45,973 bases of DNA, taken from an uncultured Collinsella sp. Its GTDB lineage: Bacteria > Actinomycetota > Coriobacteriia > Coriobacteriales > Coriobacteriaceae. Both the position numbers and the translations under genes were made by a program. Under the pieces are notes generated by a model. That model was not told the origin of the DNA. It did no database searches and was given only the letters and a program-made list of their open reading frames with translations. Where the stretch lies: assembly GCA_958438125.1 (NCBI GenBank), contig CAUBQN010000001.1, forward strand, positions 1-45,973, read 5' to 3'. Below are positions 39,286 to 45,973 of this stretch, piece by piece (position 1 is the stretch's first letter; every line of letters starts with the position of its first letter).

Positions 39286-42186
39286 ATGACCCAGCCCTTG
39301 CCCTGGGAAAAGAACGCCACGGTATCCGTGCCGCCCGCGCCGGAACCCGTGCCGCTCGATGCATACACCGCCCCTGCAGCGCCGGAGCCCGAGCTCGTCC
39401 CGCTCGACATCTACGACGCTCCTGCGCTGGCACCCAAACCCGCCAAGCCGCTCGTCGACATCGACAGCCTGAATCCCGCCCAGCGCGAGGCGGTTCTGAC
39501 CACCGAGGGCCCGTTGCTGGTGCTCGCCGGCGCCGGCTCGGGCAAGACCCGCGTCCTGACCTTCCGCATCGCACATATGCTCGGCGACCTGGGCGTTAAG
39601 CCTTGGCAGGTTCTTGCCATTACGTTTACCAACAAGGCCGCGGCCGAGATGCGCGAGCGTTTGGCGGCGCTCATTCCCAGCGGTACCCGCGGCATGTGGG
39701 TGTGCACCTTCCATGCCATGTGTGTGCGCATGCTGCGCGAGGACGCCGACCTGCTGGGCTACACCGGTCAGTTCACCATCTACGACGACGATGACTCAAA
39801 GCGCATGGTGCGTGACATTATGCAGGCGCTCGGCATTGAGCAAAAGCAGTTCCCCATCAACATGATCCGCAGCAAGATCAGCTCGGCCAAAAACGCCATG
39901 ATCGGCCCCGAGGACATGCTCAAGAGTGCCGATAGCCCCAACGACAAAAAGGCCGCGCAGGTCTACTTGGAGCTGGAGCGCCGCCTACGCGCTGCCAATG
40001 CGATGGACTTTGATGACCTGCTCGTGCGCACGCTCGAGCTGCTGCGCACCCGCCCCGAGGTGCTCGATAAGTACCAAGAGCGCTTCCGCTACATTAGCGT
40101 CGACGAGTATCAGGACACCAACCACGTCCAGTACGAGATCGCCAACCTGCTGGCCGCCAAGTACCAAAACCTCATGGTCGTGGGCGACGACGACCAGTCC
40201 ATTTATAGCTGGCGTGGTGCCGACATCACCAATATCCTGGACTTTGAGAAGGACTTTAAAGACTGCAAGACCGTTAAGCTGGAGCAGAACTACCGCTCTA
40301 CTGGTCATATCCTGAGTGCCGCCAACGCCGTGGTGCGCCATAACTCGCAGCGCAAGGACAAGCGCCTGTTTACGGCCAAGGGCGATGGCGAGAAGATCCA
40401 GGCCTTCCAGGCGAGCGACGAGCGCGACGAGGGCCGCTGGATTGCCGGCGAGATCGAGAAGCTGCACTCCAAGGGTACGAGTTACGACGACATCGCCGTG
40501 TTCTACCGCACCAACGCTCAGTCGCGTATTCTCGAAGATATGTTCCTGCGCGCAGGCGTGCCCTACAAGATCGTGGGTGGCACGCGATTCTTCGACCGTG
40601 CCGAGATCCGCGACGTCATGGCCTATCTTAAGATGATTGTGAACCCGGCCGACGAGATGAGCGTCAAGCGCGTCATCAACACGCCGCGCCGCGGCATCGG
40701 CTCCACCTCGATCCAAAAGATTGAGCAGCTGGCGCGCGACAACCGTTGCTCGTTCTTCCAGGCTTGCGAGATCGCGTGCGCCGAAACCGGCATGTTTAGC
40801 GCCAAGGTGCGCAATGGCCTGTCGAGCTTTGTGTCGCTGGTGCGCGAGGGTCGCCGCATGGACGGCGAGCTCAAGGACGTCGTCGAGATGATTGTCGATA
40901 AGACGGGCCTGCTGCAGGCTTTCCGCGCCGAGGGCACCATGGAGTCCGAGAGCCGCGCCGAGAACATCCAGGAATTCCTGGGCGTTGCGGCCGAATTTGA
41001 AGAGACACACGAGGATATCGAGGGTACGCTTGAGAGCTTGGAAGAGCTGCGCGCGGCTGGCGTTGCCGATGTGCCTGCCGACGCTGAGCCCGAGCCCGTT
41101 GTGGTGAGCGCGCCTGCGCCCGAGCCGGGACCGTCCGCGCCCGCGTCCTCGTTTGAGGCGCTGGTCGGCGCGCGCGATGCCGCAGGTTCCAATCCGCTCG
41201 ATAGCCTAGCCGCCCCGGCGCTCTCGCCGCAGGATGCTCTGGCCGCCGCCATCGCGGGCAACGCATATGCCGCGTCGACGGAGATGCCGGCGGGTGCCGT
41301 GCATGCCGACGAGATCGAGCGCACCTACGGTCCGCTCACCTGTAAGGCGCTGCCGGCGCTCATGGAGTGGCTGGCCCTGCGCTCCGACTTGGATTCCCTG
41401 GCCGGCGAGACGCATGCCATCACCATGATGACCATCCACTCCGCCAAGGGCCTGGAGTTCCCGGCGGTGTTCGTGGCCGGCATGGAGGAGGGTATCTTCC
41501 CGCACGTGCACGACTTTGGCGGCGGCGATGACCCGGGCAAGCTCGAGGAGGAGCGTCGCCTGGCCTACGTCGCCATCACGCGCGCCCGTAAGCGCCTGTT
41601 CTTGACCTATGCGGCCACGCGTCGCACCTACGGCTCGACCTCTGCCAACCCGCGCTCGCGCTTCCTCAACGAGATTCCGTTTGAGGATATCGAGTTTAGC
41701 GGCATCGGTTCTGCCGGTTTTGAGGGCACGGGCTGGGAGAAACGCGGCGACCGTCACGGCACCTTTGGCTCGGGCATGGGCTCGGATATGTACGGCGGCA
41801 AGGTGTTTGGTTCGCATACGCGCTCGACCGGCGGTTCCGGTTCGCGTGGTGGATCGAGCTTTGACGATTTCTTTGGCGGCAGCAGTTACGGGACCGAGCG
41901 CCATCGTGGGGTCTCGCCCGACGCCGGCCGTGTTGCCTCGACCTTTGGCTCAGGCGCGCCGCGAGCTAAAAAGCCGTCGTCCAAGGTGTCCCCGACGGTG
42001 GAGCGCAAGGTCGATCGTGCTAGCGCATCACAGGACTTTGCCGCAGGCGATACTGTAAGCCACAAGACCTTTGGCACGGGTACCGTAATCTCGGTCGCCG
42101 GAGACATGATCGAGGTTCAATTCGAAAAGACCGGCCAGACCAAAAAGCTTATGAAAGGTTTTGCACCGATCGTCAAGCTGTCGTAA
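39286..42186 (+). CDS. pcrA: UvrD/PcrA DNA helicase
   Basis: AGAGSGKT, TFTNKAA, VDEYQD, VGDDDQSIY, LEQNYRS, TIHSAKGLEF, EERRLAYVAITRA, C-terminal Tudor-like domain; GAGGAG RBS before ATG 39286. Confidence 0.96.
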   Translation: MTQPLPWEKNATVSVPPAPEPVPLDAYTAPAAPEPELVPLDIYDAPALAPKPAKPLVDIDSLNPAQREAVLTTEGPLLVLAGAGSGKTRVLTFRIAHMLGDLGVKPWQVLAITFTNKAAAEMRERLAALIPSGTRGMWVCTFHAMCVRMLREDADLLGYTGQFTIYDDDDSKRMVRDIMQALGIEQKQFPINMIRSKISSAKNAMIGPEDMLKSADSPNDKKAAQVYLELERRLRAANAMDFDDLLVRTLELLRTRPEVLDKYQERFRYISVDEYQDTNHVQYEIANLLAAKYQNLMVVGDDDQSIYSWRGADITNILDFEKDFKDCKTVKLEQNYRSTGHILSAANAVVRHNSQRKDKRLFTAKGDGEKIQAFQASDERDEGRWIAGEIEKLHSKGTSYDDIAVFYRTNAQSRILEDMFLRAGVPYKIVGGTRFFDRAEIRDVMAYLKMIVNPADEMSVKRVINTPRRGIGSTSIQKIEQLARDNRCSFFQACEIACAETGMFSAKVRNGLSSFVSLVREGRRMDGELKDVVEMIVDKTGLLQAFRAEGTMESESRAENIQEFLGVAAEFEETHEDIEGTLESLEELRAAGVADVPADAEPEPVVVSAPAPEPGPSAPASSFEALVGARDAAGSNPLDSLAAPALSPQDALAAAIAGNAYAASTEMPAGAVHADEIERTYGPLTCKALPALMEWLALRSDLDSLAGETHAITMMTIHSAKGLEFPAVFVAGMEEGIFPHVHDFGGGDDPGKLEEERRLAYVAITRARKRLFLTYAATRRTYGSTSANPRSRFLNEIPFEDIEFSGIGSAGFEGTGWEKRGDRHGTFGSGMGSDMYGGKVFGSHTRSTGGSGSRGGSSFDDFFGGSSYGTERHRGVSPDAGRVASTFGSGAPRAKKPSSKVSPTVERKVDRASASQDFAAGDTVSHKTFGTGTVISVAGDMIEVQFEKTGQTKKLMKGFAPIVKLS

Positions 42187-42193
42187 TCCCGGC

Positions 42194-42323
42194 GGACCTG
42201 GTCGGGCGTATAGGGCAACATCGCCTGCTCGGGCAGTCCTGCGCAAGACGGAGGCCACATTAAGTGGCCTCCTTTGCGTGCGGAACTCGCGACCGATGTT
42301 GCCCTATACGCCCGCCCAGGTCC
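42194..42323 (+). repeat. 130-bp structured palindromic element, copy L
   Basis: Outer stem GGACCTGG.CGGGCGTATAGGGCAACATCG / CGATGTTGCCCTATACGCCCG.CCAGGTCC; apical hairpin GGAGGCCAC-ATTAA-GTGGCCTCC. Confidence 0.85.
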
Positions 42324-42403
42324 TTGGGTAACGTTGCTGGACGAACGTCGCTTTGCTGGTTCGCTTTTTGATCTGGAGAACCGGGTGGGCTGAATACTTA
42401 GAC

Positions 42404-42449
42404 ATGGCAAGGGGCTCCCCCGTTAAAGAACGGGGGAGCCCCTTGTTGC
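42404..42449. repeat. Terminator-like hairpin, left copy
   Basis: ATGGCAAGGGGCTCCCCCGTT-AAAG-AACGGGGGAGCCCCTTGTTGC. Confidence 0.8.
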
Positions 42450-42478
42450 GTTTTAAATGGTGCGCTTGGCTTTGATGA

Positions 42479-42536
42479 TTGATGATTTTATACGATTCAG
42501 TATAATTTCAGTTAGATACTTAAATGTAACTGAAAT
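42479..42536 (+). promoter_or_regulatory. Sigma70-type promoter with an overlapping inverted-repeat operator
   Basis: TTGATG-N16-TATAAT (42479-42506); ATTTCAGTTA-N12-TAACTGAAAT (42505-42536). Confidence 0.65.
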
Positions 42537-42553
42537 GAAAACGGTGAGTGGAC

Positions 42554-43576
42554 ATGCTGCTAAATTGTCTCCCAAAAAGGCTCTTCTCTTTAGAGCTCGC
42601 CATCGACTCGGAGCCAGTTGAGATGCAGATTCCTCGCATGTATCTCGAGCGGTATTCGCTTCGCTTAGCGCGGCTCGGCATGTCTGAGCAAGGCCGTTTT
42701 ATTGTTGCGGAACCAAAAGAACCGCCCAGTGTCATTTCGGCGCGAAATTTCGTCAATGCAGTGCGTAAGATAGATGCTCGCCCGGTGGCAATTTGCTGGG
42801 ATGCTATGGATTTAGGCTTTATGCGCGCGCTTTCTTCGGAGGGGATCGCATATATCCGAGATGAGCGAAATGCGTTTCTGCCGTTTATCGGAGCCGTTAT
42901 TTCCGATGAGGTGCTGGGTGCTTCTCCTGCTGCTTCGCTTTCGCCCCAATCTCAACGAATCGTTCTAAATCTCATCGCGGGACGATGGGTTGACTGCTCC
43001 GCCGGCGACCTAGCTCGTCTGTGTGGCAAAAGCGCGGCAAGCGTCAGCGGCTATCTTTCGGAAATCGCCGCTATAGCTCCTGGGTTGATTATGCGGGACG
43101 GCAAAAAGCGTATATTGTGCGACGCCGGGCTGTCGACCGAGACGTTGCTGGATGGATTTGAGGACTATCTTCGCACACCCGTTTTAGAGCGAATCCGGCT
43201 CAAGAAGGTTATCGAGAGAACAGAGCTACGCGCCGTTGATGCGCTGCTTTCCGGTGTGTCTGCCCTTAGCTATATGTCCGACCTTGCTCATAATGATTCT
43301 GTCCCAACCGTTGCTCTCGAAAAGTATCAGGTAGATGCCTTAAGAGAGCACATGGGCGACAGATGGTTGGAGGCCCAGTGGTACGAACCGGCCGCTATCG
43401 AGATTGAGATCTGGTCGTATCCCGTGGACGCGCCGTCCGATGTTAGTTTTGATACGACAGGTTTGCAATGTGTCGACCCGTTCTCCTTATACGTTGCCTG
43501 CGCAAAAGCGGATTACAAAGATGACCGTCTGCTCGATGCGGTCGAACAACTCAGGAGGACGATATGCCAAAAGTGA
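42554..43576 (+). CDS. Putative type IV TA antitoxin/transcriptional regulator (AbiEi-like, central HTH)
   Basis: GIAYIRDERNAFLPFIG, HTH SAGDLARLCGKSAASVSGYL, LSGVSALS, IEIWSY, VDPFSLY; overlaps the downstream nucleotidyltransferase gene; lower GC. Confidence 0.65.
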   Translation: MLLNCLPKRLFSLELAIDSEPVEMQIPRMYLERYSLRLARLGMSEQGRFIVAEPKEPPSVISARNFVNAVRKIDARPVAICWDAMDLGFMRALSSEGIAYIRDERNAFLPFIGAVISDEVLGASPAASLSPQSQRIVLNLIAGRWVDCSAGDLARLCGKSAASVSGYLSEIAAIAPGLIMRDGKKRILCDAGLSTETLLDGFEDYLRTPVLERIRLKKVIERTELRAVDALLSGVSALSYMSDLAHNDSVPTVALEKYQVDALREHMGDRWLEAQWYEPAAIEIEIWSYPVDAPSDVSFDTTGLQCVDPFSLYVACAKADYKDDRLLDAVEQLRRTICQK

Positions 43577-44331
43577 GGGGAATAGAGCGATTTGCCGACG
43601 CCATGAGCAGCTGCAAAGGTGGTTACGTCCTTATTGGTGGAGGGGCCTGCAGCGTTCTATTTGACAGCGAAGGTGATTCATTCAGGGCTACCGAAGATTT
43701 GGATGTCGTCGTAATTGTTGATGGGGAAGGCGTTGAATTTGCCACTGCATTGTGGGCATTTATCAAAGCAGCTGGATACGAGGTTGGAAAGGTCGGCGAT
43801 GGAAAGTGCACTTACTATCGGTTCTGTTTGCCCAAAGGATCAAGGCGAGCCCTAGACTATCCCGGTCAAATCGAGTTGTTTGCCCGACATCCTGATTTTG
43901 TGCTCGAAGACGAAATGAGCGAGGTAGCTCCTCTTTCCTTTGACGGGGCGATATCGAGTCTTTCCGCCATTATTCTCGACGATGGCTACTACGAATTTAT
44001 TCGCGACAACGCAACGAACGTAGAGGGCATCACGTTGCTCGATGCGCTCCATATCATTCCCCTCAAGATGCGTGCGCACATTGATATCAACAGGAGCTAT
44101 GAAGAAGGGCGTCATTGCAACGATATAGATCGGCGGAAGCATCGTTCAGATGTTGCTCGACTTGCCGGTTTGTTGTCGTCCTCAGCGCGTTTGGAGCTAA
44201 CGGGGCAAATGAGGGTTGATGCGGAGGATTTTCTTACGGACTTTGCTTCGTATGTAAATCGGCAGACCAACCGTAAGGAAAGGGCGCGGCTTCAGGACAC
44301 GTTATCGTTTCTCGAAAGAGTGTATTTGTAG
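43564..44331 (+). CDS. Putative DNA-pol-beta-superfamily nucleotidyltransferase toxin (AbiEii-like)
   Basis: YVLIGGGA...RATEDLD (GG plus DxD), IPLKMRA, KHRSDV. Confidence 0.7.
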   Translation: MPKVRGIERFADAMSSCKGGYVLIGGGACSVLFDSEGDSFRATEDLDVVVIVDGEGVEFATALWAFIKAAGYEVGKVGDGKCTYYRFCLPKGSRRALDYPGQIELFARHPDFVLEDEMSEVAPLSFDGAISSLSAIILDDGYYEFIRDNATNVEGITLLDALHIIPLKMRAHIDINRSYEEGRHCNDIDRRKHRSDVARLAGLLSSSARLELTGQMRVDAEDFLTDFASYVNRQTNRKERARLQDTLSFLERVYL

Positions 44332-44350
44332 GCATCTTGATTCGTAATGT

Positions 44351-44395
44351 ATGGCAGGGGCTCTTCCGTTGATGAACGGAAGAGCCCCTTGTTGC
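44351..44395. repeat. Terminator-like hairpin, right copy
   Basis: ATGGCAGGGGCTCTTCCGTT-GATG-AACGGAAGAGCCCCTTGTTGC, then TTTTT. Confidence 0.8.
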
Positions 44396-44423
44396 TTTTT
44401 GATTGTCGTAACTAGTCAGAGGT

Positions 44424-44550
44424 TCGCCGGGACGGGGCGCGGGATTTGGTCGATTGCGAGTTCTGCACGAGCCGGAGAGCACTTAATGTGCTCTCCGTTC
44501 GAGCGGGACTGTCCGAGCAGGCGATCAAACCCCGCGCCCCGTCCCGGCGA
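44424..44550 (-). repeat. 127-bp structured palindromic element, copy R (inverted relative to L)
   Basis: Outer stem TCGCCGGGACGGGGCGCGGG / CCCGCGCCCCGTCCCGGCGA; minus-strand core ATCGCCTGCTCGGACAGTCC...GGAGAGCAC-ATTAA-GTGCTCTCC...GAACTCGC. Confidence 0.85.
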
Positions 44551-44569
44551 GCGCTTGGGGACCGGTGAC

Positions 44570-45502
44570 CTACAGGTGGCTGACAATCAGTTCCATATTG
44601 CCCTCGAGCTCAATCTTGTCCACGGTGCTCGGAGCTAGCAGGTGGCTTCCCTTGTGGACGGGGTCGCCGCAGACGGTGCCTTCGCCGTCGATGACCGACA
44701 GGCACATGAAGGGCCAGCGCTGGTCGAGGGTCTTGCTGCCGTTGGCGCGCACGCGATCGACGGTGTAGCAGGGGTTGGACTCGAGCTCGGTCACGCCGTC
44801 CACCTCGGGCGCGGTCACCGTGCCGTCGGTCGGAGCCTGAGCATCAAAGTCGATGCAGTCGAGGCTCTGCTCAATGTGCAGCGGGCGCAGCTTGCCATCG
44901 GTGCCGGGACGGTCGTAGTCGTACAGGCGATATGTCACGTCGCTCGACTGCTGCGTCTCCAAAATGAGCGTGCCGGTCTTGATGGCGTGCACGGTACCGG
45001 AATCAATCTGGAAAAAGTCGCCCTTGTGGATCGGCAACACGTTGAGCATGTCGTCCCAACGGCCTTCCTCGATCATCTGTGCGGCCTCGGCGCGGTCCTT
45101 GGTACGCTGGCCGACGATGATTGTGGCGCCGGGCTCGCAGTCCAGCACATACCAGCACTCGGTTTTGCCCAAGCTGCCGTTCTCGTGCTTGGCGGCGTAC
45201 TCGTCGTTGGGGTGAATCTGGATCGAAAGGTCGTCCTTGGCGTCCAGAATCTTGATGAGCAGCGGGAACTCCTTGCCTTCACAGTTGCCAAAGAGCTCGC
45301 GGTGCTCGGCCCACAGCCACGACAGCGTGTGGCCGGCGTACGGGCCCTCAGCGATCTGGCAGTCGCCGTTGGGGTGGGCCGAGATGGCCCAGCACTCACC
45401 GATGGGACCATCGGGAATGTCGTAACCAAATACGGTTTCGAGCTGGCGGCCGCCCCAGATCTTCTCGTGAAAGATCGGCGTCAGCTTAAACAAATCGGAC
45501 AT
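44570..45502 (-). CDS. manA: Mannose-6-phosphate isomerase, class I
   Basis: EKIWGG, GECWAISAHPNG, FPLLIKILDA...LSIQIHP, GKTECWY, GTVHAI, ETQQSSDVTYRLYDY. Confidence 0.93.
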   Translation of the reverse strand: MSDLFKLTPIFHEKIWGGRQLETVFGYDIPDGPIGECWAISAHPNGDCQIAEGPYAGHTLSWLWAEHRELFGNCEGKEFPLLIKILDAKDDLSIQIHPNDEYAAKHENGSLGKTECWYVLDCEPGATIIVGQRTKDRAEAAQMIEEGRWDDMLNVLPIHKGDFFQIDSGTVHAIKTGTLILETQQSSDVTYRLYDYDRPGTDGKLRPLHIEQSLDCIDFDAQAPTDGTVTAPEVDGVTELESNPCYTVDRVRANGSKTLDQRWPFMCLSVIDGEGTVCGDPVHKGSHLLAPSTVDKIELEGNMELIVSHL

Positions 45503-45574
45503 GTGCATACTCCCATAAGGTTGTGCAGGTGCCGCGTAAGACAGCTCAAAACGAGCACCCACCGGATTACAAAA

Positions 45575-45973
45575 CTAGGCCAGCGTTACGTTGTGCAGCT
45601 CAAAGCGGTCGCCTACGTTGTGCGAGATAGAATATTCAAACGCGGTGCCGCTATCCAAGAAGCCAATCTGGTTGAGTTCGAGCAGGGGAGAGCCGGGTTT
45701 GGTATCCAGGCGCTCGGCTTCTTCCTCGGTTGCCGCCACGGCGCGTATGGTGCGATGGAAGCTCGAAATCTTCAGCCCGCATTGCTCGCGGATAAAGCCG
45801 TAGACCGATCCGTACAGGTCCTTCTTTTTAAGGCCCGGGATCAGTTCGAGCGGCATATAGGTGTACTCGATAACGATGGGCTTCTCGTCGACCTGGCGCA
45901 CGCGCACGATGTGATAGGCAAAGTCATCCTCGGCAATTCCCAGCTGGGCTGCGATGTCCGCTGGTGGATTAAC
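45575..45973 (-). CDS. GntR-family regulator, C-terminal UTRA domain (5' end outside the window)
   Basis: RVRQVDEKPIVIEYTYMP, SVYGFI, GSPLLE, FEYSIS; the frame stays open to the window end. Confidence 0.85.
   Translation of the reverse strand, partial: VNPPADIAAQLGIAEDDFAYHIVRVRQVDEKPIVIEYTYMPLELIPGLKKKDLYGSVYGFIREQCGLKISSFHRTIRAVAATEEEAERLDTKPGSPLLELNQIGFLDSGTAFEYSISHNVGDRFELHNVTLA

Noticed and set aside
41040..41330. Intein in PcrA
   Set aside because: The insert is low-complexity and lacks the N-terminal Cys/Ser block and the C-terminal His-Asn splice motif.

Overview
High-GC actinobacterial chromosome segment; gene content and order suggest a Coriobacteriaceae gut bacterium such as Collinsella (inference, no search run). 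The backbone is housekeeping: the end of a mannose-family PTS operon with SIS-domain and epimerase genes (fructoselysine-type), a complete his cluster led by a HisZ-HisG fusion, yfcE-mazG, eno-divIC/ftsB-ppx, tRNA-Leu(TAA), two two-component systems, gluQ, purH, uspA, uppP, pcrA, manA and a partial GntR regulator. Three visibly lower-GC accessory modules are interspersed: an AAA/DUF4143-type ATPase, a frameshifted hipBA locus and an AbiE-like antitoxin/nucleotidyltransferase pair. No integrase or transposase is visible. The most unusual signal is non-coding: several families of palindromic or tandem elements with compensatory base changes, some of which bracket accessory genes in pairs like cassette boundaries.
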